Positions 1-9,531 of a stretch of DNA of 64,000 nt are shown here, piece by piece. Location of the stretch: the IMG/VR virus record IMGVR_UViG_3300034073_005389, positions 186,001 to 250,000 of that record; one strand, 5' to 3'. The notes beneath the pieces were generated by a model. The model did not search any database. It was given only the letters and a program-made list of their open reading frames with translations, and was not told the origin of the DNA. The number at the start of each line of letters is the position of its first letter. Positions within the stretch are counted from its first letter, which is position 1. The translations under genes were made by a program, and so were the position numbers.

Positions 1-176
1 TGCTTTAATTTTAAAATTGCAGGATAATCTAATTGATCAGAACCATATTTAATTTTATCTTCCCAAATAGACAATACATCTACCTTATCTTTTAGTAATA
101 GCTTAATAGCTTTTCTATCACAAATAAAAGATAATATCTCATAACTAGAATTTAACAACAAAGTTTTTTTATCCAT
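1..176 (-). CDS. HNH endonuclease, N-terminal part (runs off window edge)
   Basis: Hand translation from ATG at 176: MDKKTLLLNSSYEILSFICDRKAIKLLLKDKVDV...YPAILKLK, matching the VLxLNxSYE...RxAxxLL...PxVIxL leader of McrA-like HNH proteins; not in the ORF track. Confidence 0.7.
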   Translation of the reverse strand, partial: MDKKTLLLNSSYEILSFICDRKAIKLLLKDKVDVLSIWEDKIKYGSDQLDYPAILKLK

Positions 177-183
177 GATTACA

Positions 184-966
184 TCAGATGGCTTTCCATT
201 TAGAATGTAAATCTGCGTACTGACTAGTAGTAACTAAATCATTATATTGTGTAGGAGTAAGATTTTGTAATTTATTTGCAGATACAAATATATCCTCTCC
301 ATGAGTCATAGGGCTTTCATTTCCAACACAAAGCCAATTAGGTCTTTGTCTTCTAGCAAAGATTTCTATTTTTTTAATACTAGAATCTGGAAACATTAAA
401 TCTAAAGAGTCTTGTAAGTGCTCTGGCTTAGCTGAATGTTTTAAGTTTTCTCCAAAAGAAACAGATCTTTGAGATTTATTTTTTAAGTGTTTGTAAATTT
501 TACTATTATTAATGCCAATTAAACATAGTTCATGGGTTTGTCTAAACAGCCTTCCCATATTAAAAGACAATAAACTATTATAGTCATAGTTTTGATAACT
601 ATCTTGCAATATAGATTGCAATTCTTTTAACGTTAATTGATTAGATTTTTTTGCTTGTTTTAAAATATTTTTACAAAGACTAGCAAAAGGATCTTTTTTA
701 GACTTTACCCATACATTTACTTGTTTTTGATGAAACCCCCAAGACTTCATTACATCCAAACCTTCTTGTAATAAAGAAGATGGGGTCCATAAGGCTAAAA
801 TAGCTCCTTCAGGGTCAGCTAAGCTTTTAATTGGTAGGGTTTTTACATTATCAATGGTCATAGTGCTGTAATTAGCAGCCGCGCCCCTAGCTATATCAGA
901 CATTTTTAATTGATCAGAAAATGACCAAGGTACATCTACACATAAAACATTAAAATAATTTTTCAT
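184..966 (-). CDS. MT-A70 family N6-adenine methyltransferase
   Basis: DVPW (DPPW-like) motif, LALWT, FRQTHELCLIG, HSAKP, EIFARR..W..VGNE. Confidence 0.85.
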   Translation of the reverse strand: MKNYFNVLCVDVPWSFSDQLKMSDIARGAAANYSTMTIDNVKTLPIKSLADPEGAILALWTPSSLLQEGLDVMKSWGFHQKQVNVWVKSKKDPFASLCKNILKQAKKSNQLTLKELQSILQDSYQNYDYNSLLSFNMGRLFRQTHELCLIGINNSKIYKHLKNKSQRSVSFGENLKHSAKPEHLQDSLDLMFPDSSIKKIEIFARRQRPNWLCVGNESPMTHGEDIFVSANKLQNLTPTQYNDLVTTSQYADLHSKWKAI

Positions 967-1715
967 ATTTTCAATATCATTACTGGTAATTCTACATTAG
1001 ATCGAGTGCCATCTATTTGAACGTTTTGATTTACTTCTGCTTTTTCTTTAGATAAAGATTCTCTTTTCTTAACTGTAACTTTATAATTGCCTAATGGCAA
1101 AGAAGCCATCCACTTACCACTTCCATTTGTTCTAGTTTTAGAAACTGTTTCTAAACTCTCAGCATTTACGATTTCTACATCTGCTAGAAATATTCCTTTT
1201 CCATTTTTATCAACCACTCTTTGAACTACTGGAACAGAAGAGTCTGCTGCGGCTATAACTTTATTTTCTTTTTTAGCAGCTTCTTTTGGTTGATCCGGCA
1301 CAATAATTTCTGCAGGAGTATCTTTCATACTTGGCAATTGCATCGGAAAAACGACTTGATTAGAGGCATTATTCTTGTTTAAGTACTTATCATCGCCTGC
1401 AAAAGTCTCTGGTCTAGAAGTTCTTCTAAATCCCAATGGCTGTTCTTCTAACAATATTTTATTTTCAGAAGAAATTGGAATGTTTTTTTCGTTAGGAACA
1501 CTAGGATGTGTCACAGTATTAACCGCTTCAACTACAATTTTATTGCTAGTAGATGCGCCTTTATCTAATTTATTTATTTTTTCCATTAAAGAATTTAATT
1601 TATTAGATAATAATTTAATGTTTAAATCTTGATTACGACATATACTCAACAAAGTATTAATTTTAGATTCTAGTTCTAGAATGATATCTGTCGCTTTCCT
1701 GGGCTCTTGGCTCAT
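963..1715 (-). CDS. hypothetical protein, N-terminal coiled coil and C-terminal carboxypeptidase-regulatory-like (prealbumin-fold) domain
   Basis: VVDKNGKGIFLADVEI...TRTNGSGKW...LPLGNYKVTVKK pattern. Confidence 0.5.
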   Translation of the reverse strand: MSQEPRKATDIILELESKINTLLSICRNQDLNIKLLSNKLNSLMEKINKLDKGASTSNKIVVEAVNTVTHPSVPNEKNIPISSENKILLEEQPLGFRRTSRPETFAGDDKYLNKNNASNQVVFPMQLPSMKDTPAEIIVPDQPKEAAKKENKVIAAADSSVPVVQRVVDKNGKGIFLADVEIVNAESLETVSKTRTNGSGKWMASLPLGNYKVTVKKRESLSKEKAEVNQNVQIDGTRSNVELPVMILKI

Positions 1716-1722
1716 AAATCCT

Positions 1723-2376
1723 CTAATCTAGAAAAACACCAATTTTGATTGGCACTTTTTTTAAAACAATTAAATCGCTAACTGGTATAGGCTCTCCGCC
1801 ACAAAGCTCATGTTCGCCAAAAGCTAAATTTTTTACTTGCTCCTCTACTTTATCTAAAGTACCAGAACAAACAACCACATCATTCACTAGCAATAAATAA
1901 TCTTTATCTTCTAAATTTTCAATTACAGAAAGAATATCTTCTTCTGTCTTTTGTAATTTTGGTTTTTCTTGCTTAATTGTAACAGAATCAGAAAGTCCCA
2001 AAGCTTGGTCAGATATATAATCATTGTTATCAATCATAGAAGATTGATTATCAATCTCTTCTATGTCATCAACAATGTCTCCATCTACTCCAGACCAAGT
2101 ATAGTCTCTATTCTGACCTACATTTGGTATAGATACATTTTTAGATGAAGATCCAGATATCTTAATATCTTGTCTTAATCCTGTATTTTTCAATCTAGGA
2201 TTATCTTGACTGTTTTGTAATACAGGAGTATCGGTAGGGACTGGACTACTTTTCCATTCCTCTGGCTCCACTCCCATTAACTGATATTGCGGAACATAGG
2301 GCTTATGTATTGTCTCTTTGTTCCTATCTGGATGTTTATATAATTTGACTTTGCTCTGGGACATATGATAACTCAA
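1723..2376 (-). CDS. hypothetical protein
   Basis: 217-aa ORF in tight operon; TAG stop followed by the GAGG SD of the next gene. Confidence 0.6.
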   Translation of the reverse strand: MSYHMSQSKVKLYKHPDRNKETIHKPYVPQYQLMGVEPEEWKSSPVPTDTPVLQNSQDNPRLKNTGLRQDIKISGSSSKNVSIPNVGQNRDYTWSGVDGDIVDDIEEIDNQSSMIDNNDYISDQALGLSDSVTIKQEKPKLQKTEEDILSVIENLEDKDYLLLVNDVVVCSGTLDKVEEQVKNLAFGEHELCGGEPIPVSDLIVLKKVPIKIGVFLD

Positions 2377-2747
2377 TCTTTATTATCTGAAGTCTCTACT
2401 ACTTTTTTATTTTTAAAAGATTTTTTATGAAAAAAATCCTTATTAGTATCTAACTCCATCATTTTTCTCTTCATTTCACTACGCTTCCTACGCTTGCGCA
2501 CAGAAGGCTTCTCATATGTTCGCCTTTCTTTAAAGGCAGATAAGATCTTCTCTTTTTGCACAAGTGCACGAAAGGCTCTAAGTGCCTTATCAAATCCATT
2601 GTTGTAAACCACAACTTCTAAAGGTTTGAGCTGAACTGGCTCAATATTAGCATATTTGCTATTGTCGCTGACCACGACTGTCTCCGAATCACCCCCTTTC
2701 ATTGACTTGGTTAGAGGTTTCCTACTTTTCTTATATGTTGTACTCAT
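2373..2747 (-). CDS. rpsU: 30S ribosomal protein S21 (bS21) with N-terminal extension
   Basis: VVVYNNGFDKALRAFRALVQKEKILSAFKERRTYEKPSVRKRRK is the S21 signature. Confidence 0.88.
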   Translation of the reverse strand: MSTTYKKSRKPLTKSMKGGDSETVVVSDNSKYANIEPVQLKPLEVVVYNNGFDKALRAFRALVQKEKILSAFKERRTYEKPSVRKRRKRSEMKRKMMELDTNKDFFHKKSFKNKKVVETSDNKD

Positions 2748-2774
2748 ATTTGTTAAACTAACCCGTTTTAACCT

Positions 2775-4121
2775 TTATTTTAGATATTTGTCCATGTTAA
2801 TTGGCTTGCCAGTCAAAAGATTTTTCTCTTTAACTAAACGCGCCACTGAAGTATCTATATCCTTCTCTGTCGGAGTTTTTCGATTATTCGACAAAGCTTC
2901 AAACATAGAAGAAATATAAATATCTTTTAAATAAGCATAAGATAACTCATATTTTTCTGTATATTTGGCAAGCTCTTTACATTTTTTAGTTGTAATTAAA
3001 TTGCCAAACCATTTTTTAAGATAAGCAAAAGCCATTTCTTGATCAGGTAATGGAATCTCCATTTTTCTATCAAATCTAGAAGGTCTATCTGTAATAGATG
3101 GTTTCAGCTTTTTAATTTCATTAGCAGTAGCAACAATCAATAACCCATTCTTAGCAGCAATGCCATCCATCAAATTTAAGAAAGAAGAAATATCATTCTT
3201 CTCAAGAATAGAATCTAAATCCTCAAAAAATAACAAAGAAGGACTTTGATCTTCTGCATAAGCAAAAGCCTCTCTAATTGCATTATCATCAGCCCCAGGA
3301 ATAATTGTTACTGGCTTAAAATTATATTGAGCCATAATAGTGCGGATAAGCGAACTCTTTCCACATCCAGGCTTTCCATATAACAATACGCCTCTCTTCC
3401 AAGGCATTTTGTTTTTTTGATAAAATTCTTTACTAGCCAAAAAATTCTCTACTAATTTTTTTAGTTCTAACTTAATATTAGAAGGTAGAAATAAATCATC
3501 CCAAGAATGATCTTTAGTATATGGAATATCATCACCATCTACTACCCTAATATGAAGATTAGAGCGATCCCTTCTTTGTACCCACTCATCAAATGAGTTC
3601 CTAAAAACCAAATAATTATTATAATTAGAGTGAGATAATAAATTAAAAAACCCTACTTCGTCTTCATTTTGATTTCCTTTGTGAAACAAAGCACAATGAA
3701 TAAACTCTAGTTCTTTTGTCTTAATTAAGAAGATTCCTTGAACAAAAAACTTTTCATAAAAATGATCGGTTTTCCAACTAATAATAGAATCTTTATATAA
3801 ACATTGAACAGAAATATCATTATCTTCACAATATTGAAGAAATTGTCCGTCAATAATAATTCTATTATGAATAAACTTTTCAATATTTGAATTATTTTTT
3901 AATACTGAAGAAAAATGATGCTGTACCCAATTCATTAAATCAATAAAATTACTATCAGGTCGAGGAGTATCTACAACAATAGATCGATCTGTAATTAAGC
4001 TCTTTAATCTTTCCTCGCATAAATGCTCTTGCATTTCAATATCTTCAGGAGTAAGATATGATGCATCTTGTAATTTATTATCCATTTTTTTATTTGCTCT
4101 TTCTATATTTTTATATAACAA
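2775..4121 (-). CDS. AAA+ ATPase (classical clade, single AAA domain)
   Basis: Walker A GKPGCGKS, Walker B LLFFED, ATAN sensor, DRPSRFD arginine-finger region. Confidence 0.9.
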   Translation of the reverse strand: MLYKNIERANKKMDNKLQDASYLTPEDIEMQEHLCEERLKSLITDRSIVVDTPRPDSNFIDLMNWVQHHFSSVLKNNSNIEKFIHNRIIIDGQFLQYCEDNDISVQCLYKDSIISWKTDHFYEKFFVQGIFLIKTKELEFIHCALFHKGNQNEDEVGFFNLLSHSNYNNYLVFRNSFDEWVQRRDRSNLHIRVVDGDDIPYTKDHSWDDLFLPSNIKLELKKLVENFLASKEFYQKNKMPWKRGVLLYGKPGCGKSSLIRTIMAQYNFKPVTIIPGADDNAIREAFAYAEDQSPSLLFFEDLDSILEKNDISSFLNLMDGIAAKNGLLIVATANEIKKLKPSITDRPSRFDRKMEIPLPDQEMAFAYLKKWFGNLITTKKCKELAKYTEKYELSYAYLKDIYISSMFEALSNNRKTPTEKDIDTSVARLVKEKNLLTGKPINMDKYLK

Positions 4122-4134
4122 TCAAAAATTTGAA

Positions 4135-5916
4135 TTAAGCTGAAATATTTTCTATATATTTACAACCCGTTGCTACACAAGCGTAAAATTTACCATATTT
4201 GCCATTTCTTTCCATCATAAAATGATTACATTTTTTACACAAATGCCTATCTTTCACATAAGCAGCATAAGCATTATGCATTTCTTTAGCAAACACCTGG
4301 TAAAACTTTTTTAACATCTCTAATTTATCTTCTTTTCCATTCTCAATTAAATCTAATTTAGACTCTAGATCAGCAGTGTAATTATAATCCATAAATGTAA
4401 AAAATTGTGTTAAAATATCTGTGATCTTTTTGCCTAACTCAGTAGCATGGTAAACATTGCCCTTTTTCTCTACATAATTACGAGATGTAATTTTACTCAA
4501 CAAATCCGCATAAGTAGCTGGGCGACCTATGTTTTTATTTACTAACTCTTTAATTAGCTTATCTTCTGAATATCTGGCAGGTGGTTGAGTTTGCTTGCGC
4601 TCTAACTTAACAGCTTTATCACCAGATAAATCGACTAAATCACCCTTTTTAAGGTTAGGAATCTCAATTTTACTATCATCATTTACTCCTAATACCTCTA
4701 AAAATCCTTTGCTCTTTAAAGCTTTGCCAGAAGCTTTTAACTCTAAACTAGAATCAGACTTAGATGCAACAGTCACTTTTAATGTATTGTATACAGCCGG
4801 TGCCATCTGACTAGCTACAAAATACTTCCAAATAGTTTCATACACTATTTTCTCGTCTGGGTCAATAATGGCAAAGTTTTGTCCTGGTAATAACGATAAA
4901 TCTGACGGTCTAATACATTCATGAGCATCTTGCGCAGCATCTTTATTTTTAAAGACATTTGCCTTTTTAAGCAATTCATAATTATTATTTTTAATAAAAT
5001 CACGAACCTCAGCTAATGCATCATCACCCACTCGAACAGAATCTGTACGAATATAAGTACAATATCCAGATTCATATAATGCCTGAGCAGCCTTCATAGT
5101 TCTATCTGCACCAAAGCCATGATTTTTAGACATAATCTGCTGCAAAGTAGAAGTTACCAAAGGTGGTGGAGCCCCTCGCTTTTCTTCTTCTGCCAAAACC
5201 TCTGTCACTACATAGTCTTTGGCTTTAGACAATTTATCTTTAACTTGTGATGCTGTTTTAGCATCCGTTAAACGAGTATTGTATTTAGTAATAAATGTGT
5301 CTTTATTTTGATCATTTAAAGCAACTTGAATAGTCCAAAACTCTTCTGGCACAAATGCTTCAATTTCTTTTTCTCGCTCAGTAATCATACGAGTTACAAC
5401 GGATTGAACCCTGCCAGCAGAAAGATTTGAACCAAAAAAATTAATTAAAAATGGCGAGGCTGTAAACCCTACCAACCTATCTAATATGCGGCGAGCTTCT
5501 TGGGCATGAAACAAATTTAAATCAATATCCCTAACTTCTTTTACCGCCTTAAGAAGCTTGTCTTTTTTGATCTCATTAAAAACCATTCGCTTGATAGGCT
5601 TACCTACATCTTCTAAACGATTGGCTAAATGCCAAGCAATAGCCTCCCCCTCCCTGTCAGGATCGGGCGCTACTAAAATAGAATCACACTGTTTAGCAGT
5701 TGACAATAAACTATCTAATAGATCTATTTTATCATCCATTAACACATATTTAGGTTTAAACTTATTTTCTATATCGATACCGATACCGTGCCTACCGCCT
5801 TTAGCAAGGTCTGTAATATGACCTTTGCTTGCCATAACGATATAATTGTTGCCTAAATATTCTTGAATTTTTTGTGCTTTAGAGGGGGACTCTACAATTA
5901 CTAATGTTTTACTCAT
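4135..5916 (-). CDS. topA: DNA topoisomerase I (type IA)
   Basis: LVIVESPSK, DPDREGEAI, SAGRVQS, TYIRTDS catalytic Tyr, AQDAHECIRP, GRPATY, one C-terminal C4 Zn ribbon. Confidence 0.97.
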   Translation of the reverse strand: MSKTLVIVESPSKAQKIQEYLGNNYIVMASKGHITDLAKGGRHGIGIDIENKFKPKYVLMDDKIDLLDSLLSTAKQCDSILVAPDPDREGEAIAWHLANRLEDVGKPIKRMVFNEIKKDKLLKAVKEVRDIDLNLFHAQEARRILDRLVGFTASPFLINFFGSNLSAGRVQSVVTRMITEREKEIEAFVPEEFWTIQVALNDQNKDTFITKYNTRLTDAKTASQVKDKLSKAKDYVVTEVLAEEEKRGAPPPLVTSTLQQIMSKNHGFGADRTMKAAQALYESGYCTYIRTDSVRVGDDALAEVRDFIKNNNYELLKKANVFKNKDAAQDAHECIRPSDLSLLPGQNFAIIDPDEKIVYETIWKYFVASQMAPAVYNTLKVTVASKSDSSLELKASGKALKSKGFLEVLGVNDDSKIEIPNLKKGDLVDLSGDKAVKLERKQTQPPARYSEDKLIKELVNKNIGRPATYADLLSKITSRNYVEKKGNVYHATELGKKITDILTQFFTFMDYNYTADLESKLDLIENGKEDKLEMLKKFYQVFAKEMHNAYAAYVKDRHLCKKCNHFMMERNGKYGKFYACVATGCKYIENISA

Positions 5917-6818
5917 TTTAATTTACCGTATTTTTTATCAAAAATTGATTCCCAGATAGAAATTACTTTGTAACCATTGGCGCGGAATAATCTAATTCTC
6001 TGTACTGTGTTTGTAAAGAGAGAAGAAAAAGTTTTATTAGAAACTTTATTGCAAAGAATAGGGTTGTATTTTTTAGGATGCCCATGCCAAAAATCTCCTA
6101 AAAATTCATAAATTATTTTTTCTTTTTTAAAGAAACCATCAACTTTATAAGTTTTATTATTAATAATAATTTTTACATTTCTATGTAATGGATCATTTGG
6201 AACACTGCAAATATCTAACCATAATTTTTCTTTTTTAGAACTATTACCATTACTACACCTAAGGCATTTTTTACCTTTTAAATGATTTTTAATGTTTTGC
6301 CAAAAAAGTCCATGTTTGGGGCAATTTATAGGTAATTTAGAAGTAGTATTATTGACTATTTTTATTAAAGAATAATCATAATAATTATTATGTATTTGAT
6401 GAGCCTTATCTAAAAATTTTTGTAAATCGAATGGTTTATTATTTGCGCACCCACGACACCCACCATAAAGATGTTTTTCTGCAATTTGTGAAAATTCTCC
6501 ATGAATTGGACAAATAATAATTACTTTACCTTTAATAGATTTAAAATCTACTTTAGAATAATTGTAAAAATTATTATGAATCTTATTTGATTTTTCGATC
6601 CATGAAGATAATGTAAATGGCGTTGAGTTCCCGCAACTCATACAGCCTCTTTTTAAGAAAAGGTGATTGTCAGCCCTCTGCAGAAATTCTCCATGCTCTG
6701 GACATATAATTACAACTTTTTTTTTACCGCTTACATAATTTACATTATAATAATTATATTTATAGTTATGAACTATATTAGCTCTTAATATCCAATCTTG
6801 TTGAGATAACCTTTTCAT
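5913..6818 (-). CDS. DUF723-like repeat / Vsr-like putative free-standing homing endonuclease
   Basis: Three repeats of H..Y.YS.V....K..IICP.HG.F.Q...HL...GC..C, then KVDGF..IYEFLGDFWHG nuclease domain. Confidence 0.75.
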   Translation of the reverse strand: MKRLSQQDWILRANIVHNYKYNYYNVNYVSGKKKVVIICPEHGEFLQRADNHLFLKRGCMSCGNSTPFTLSSWIEKSNKIHNNFYNYSKVDFKSIKGKVIIICPIHGEFSQIAEKHLYGGCRGCANNKPFDLQKFLDKAHQIHNNYYDYSLIKIVNNTTSKLPINCPKHGLFWQNIKNHLKGKKCLRCSNGNSSKKEKLWLDICSVPNDPLHRNVKIIINNKTYKVDGFFKKEKIIYEFLGDFWHGHPKKYNPILCNKVSNKTFSSLFTNTVQRIRLFRANGYKVISIWESIFDKKYGKLK

Positions 6819-6888
6819 AAAAAAGTTTATATCAAATAAAAATGATATAATCTAAATTGTTATCTTACCTAAATTTATTGTAAATAAG

Positions 6889-7344
6889 TTAAAAAATAAA
6901 CTTTTTACTATAAGTAGTTCTTGCTTTTTTAGCCATTGATTCTTCGGTAGGAGTGCTTTGTTTAAAAGCCCATACTGTGCTTCTGCATTTACAAGCAAGA
7001 TAATCTATTCTCATACTACCTCCATAAATAGCTGGGGCGCGACTGATATGATATCTAGCATTATACGAGGTACAGCTTTTTGCTGAAAAAGCTGCCAAAT
7101 TATTAAAGTTAGAAGGATTATCGAATAAATAGTAATCTGTTACTACTTTAAATTTATTTTGTAAAAAAGAAGAGATTAAATTGCTAGTATGCGGAGACTG
7201 GTGATAATATGGGGTTTTACTATGATAGTAAAATTCGGGTGGACCTTTACAGGCTTTGCACCTAGATTTCGCCATAAAGGCATAAGATAAGTTAACTTTA
7301 ACTTTTAAACCAAACGACTGTTTACTCATATGTTTTTGCTTCAT
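6889..7344 (-). CDS. hypothetical protein (Cys motifs)
   Basis: 151-aa ORF with CKAC and CKC; true start may be a downstream Met. Confidence 0.5.
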   Translation of the reverse strand: MKQKHMSKQSFGLKVKVNLSYAFMAKSRCKACKGPPEFYYHSKTPYYHQSPHTSNLISSFLQNKFKVVTDYYLFDNPSNFNNLAAFSAKSCTSYNARYHISRAPAIYGGSMRIDYLACKCRSTVWAFKQSTPTEESMAKKARTTYSKKFIF

Positions 7345-8515
7345 CGATAATTGCCTTTCTAATTCTATTTACATATACCATGCCTCCCATTTGATAGTGG
7401 GGAGGAACTCTTAAATGAGTAACTTGAACTACAGTATTGTCTGGTACATTGATCTTTATCTTATTAAAAGAATATTCTTTTAATAAATGAATAATCGATT
7501 CTTTTGTATCATTATTAATGATAGATAATACTTTCCCAATATAATAAGGCTTAGAATAAGTAGCGCATCTTCCACCAATATAATATTCTGAAGTGTTATT
7601 ATTAATGGTCTGATTTTGTACAACAGCTTCAAAAACAGAAATACCATCAAATAAACATAAGTTTTTATCTAATAAATTATTTATAATAATAAATTTTCTG
7701 TTTTTTCTTATTTGAATTGGAAAAGAGTTTTCTAATAAAGAAATGTATTTTTGAAATATTTTATGTTGAAAACCTCCAGACCTACTATTACCTAGTAAGT
7801 AGTCTGTCATTTGATCTGGAAATTGGTTTAATAACTCTTTAAAGGCTTGATATACGAATAATTTATGTGTAACGGTAAAGGCGCTGGTACTAAAAGCAAG
7901 CTGGTTACTTTGTTTTTCAACAATTTTATTAAGCAATAAAGCTTTATTGTTAAGTAATTTATTCTCTACTTGAGAGATGGGCGGTGGGGGTGCAACATTT
8001 TGCAATATTGGATGATGCATCTTTTTTAGATCAGATGGATCTCCAATAAAGCTACAATCAGGATAAGGGCAAATAATATTTTTTGATTTATTATCAGCAA
8101 TAAACCTATTGCAACCATTACATCTATAGCCTGCTTTATAATGATAAGAAAAATATCTATATAATCTAATATATTTTTCTTCTTTACATTGTTTTAATTG
8201 TTGTTTGCATTGATTGCAATCTAATATTTTAGATCCTGATAAAATGTTAATTTTATTGTGAAATAAGCATGCAGGACAAATATAATTCTTCTTAGAAAAA
8301 GAAGAATATGTTTTAGCAAACTGATTGCTATTATAAAAAAGTATGTTATCAATATCTTCTACAAGATAATTTTTTACATTATCTAAAAGATAATCTTCTA
8401 AATTTTCTAGAAAATCTTCTTTAGAAATTTTCTTACTATACTTGGTGTATAATGTATGAATACCATTTTGGTATTTATGAAAAAAATCATGAATAAATTT
8501 TATATTTTCGCTCAT
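7322..8515 (-). CDS. hypothetical multi-zinc-ribbon protein
   Basis: CPAC, CNQC, CNGC, CPYPDC pairs in 397-aa ORF. Confidence 0.6.
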   Translation of the reverse strand: MSENIKFIHDFFHKYQNGIHTLYTKYSKKISKEDFLENLEDYLLDNVKNYLVEDIDNILFYNSNQFAKTYSSFSKKNYICPACLFHNKINILSGSKILDCNQCKQQLKQCKEEKYIRLYRYFSYHYKAGYRCNGCNRFIADNKSKNIICPYPDCSFIGDPSDLKKMHHPILQNVAPPPPISQVENKLLNNKALLLNKIVEKQSNQLAFSTSAFTVTHKLFVYQAFKELLNQFPDQMTDYLLGNSRSGGFQHKIFQKYISLLENSFPIQIRKNRKFIIINNLLDKNLCLFDGISVFEAVVQNQTINNNTSEYYIGGRCATYSKPYYIGKVLSIINNDTKESIIHLLKEYSFNKIKINVPDNTVVQVTHLRVPPHYQMGGMVYVNRIRKAIIDEAKTYE

Positions 8516-9482
8516 TTTGTAAAATTTCTTTTGAAGAAGTCATAGCTATTTGGAATCTTTCTAAGAATCTAAAATTATCTTTAATCAAAGCATCTCCTTT
8601 ACCAGATAAATTTTCAGCGCCTACTTCATCTAGTATGATTTTAGAATCAAAATGACTGGCGACTTTGCAAGCAATTCTGGCAGGAAAATTTGCTTTTATA
8701 TTACCGCTGATGATTTGGGCAGAAGGTCTTTGAGTAGCAATGATAATAAAAATGTTAGCCCCTCTGCTTTTTTGAGCTAAATCACACAAAGCATCATGAA
8801 ATTCATTATTTTTATCTTGCAACATAAGGTTTGCAAATTCATCAATAACAAGAATTTGAGGAGTCATCCATTCTAATGAATCTCCTTTCTTTAGGAAAGA
8901 ATATCTTTGCTCCATAAGATAATGAAGAGATTTAATTAGTTGAAGTGCGGAATTATAGCTATACGCAACAGTTCTAATAGAAGAATACCCAGAAAACTCA
9001 ACTTGCTTTGGATCAACTAAATGCAAGTCAGCGATATCGTAATGTAAAATATTTGCAATAATATTATGTAATAATGTACTTTTACCAGAGCCTGTAGTTC
9101 CGGCAATAAGTAAATGAGGATTTTCTGCCAAATCCATTGTCAATAATGATCCATCAACTTTTTGACCTAGAACGCAAGGTATTTTAAAATCTTTGGTGTC
9201 AAAGATTTTAAATAAATTATAAAGAGAAAGATTATTTTTTTCTATTTTTGCAAATTCTAATCTAACCAAACCTTCTTGGTGACGGATACTGATATTCGGT
9301 TTAGATGGTGCTTTTAATAAAAGGGCGATTTCGTCGCTATATTTTGTAATATCTTTGATCTTAGCAGTTGGCTGAAGAACTAAATCATAATAAAAATAGT
9401 TGCCTACTTCTTGATAGTTAGTGCAACTAGCTTTAATTTTATAGGAATTAAGAATATTGTTTAAATTTAAAATTTGATGCAT
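8487..9482 (-). CDS. FtsK/SpoIIIE-family ATPase (soluble; no membrane or gamma domain)
   Basis: PHLLIAGTTGSGKS, LVDPK, VIDEFA, ATQRPS, LSGKGD. Start moved from 9500 to 9482 because the 9500 ATG lies inside the -10 box. Confidence 0.9.
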   Translation of the reverse strand: MHQILNLNNILNSYKIKASCTNYQEVGNYFYYDLVLQPTAKIKDITKYSDEIALLLKAPSKPNISIRHQEGLVRLEFAKIEKNNLSLYNLFKIFDTKDFKIPCVLGQKVDGSLLTMDLAENPHLLIAGTTGSGKSTLLHNIIANILHYDIADLHLVDPKQVEFSGYSSIRTVAYSYNSALQLIKSLHYLMEQRYSFLKKGDSLEWMTPQILVIDEFANLMLQDKNNEFHDALCDLAQKSRGANIFIIIATQRPSAQIISGNIKANFPARIACKVASHFDSKIILDEVGAENLSGKGDALIKDNFRFLERFQIAMTSSKEILQNERKYKIYS

Positions 9483-9495
9483 GTATGGTAAAGAT

Positions 9496-9523
9496 ACCAT
9501 AATTTTTTAAAATTATGCGTCAA
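9496..9523 (-). promoter_or_regulatory. sigma70-like promoter TTGACG-N16-TATGGT
   Basis: Read from the minus strand; same geometry as nine other sites. Confidence 0.65.
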
Positions 9524-9531
9524 GAGGGCAG

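Noticed and set aside
2775-4121. PAN/Mpa proteasome ATPase with HbYX tail
   Set aside because: C-terminus YLK does not fit HbYX and no OB/coiled-coil N-domain is recognisable
4135-5916. Intein or intron in topA (also checked ligA and purA)
   Set aside because: Lengths and motif spacing are continuous, with no splicing motifs
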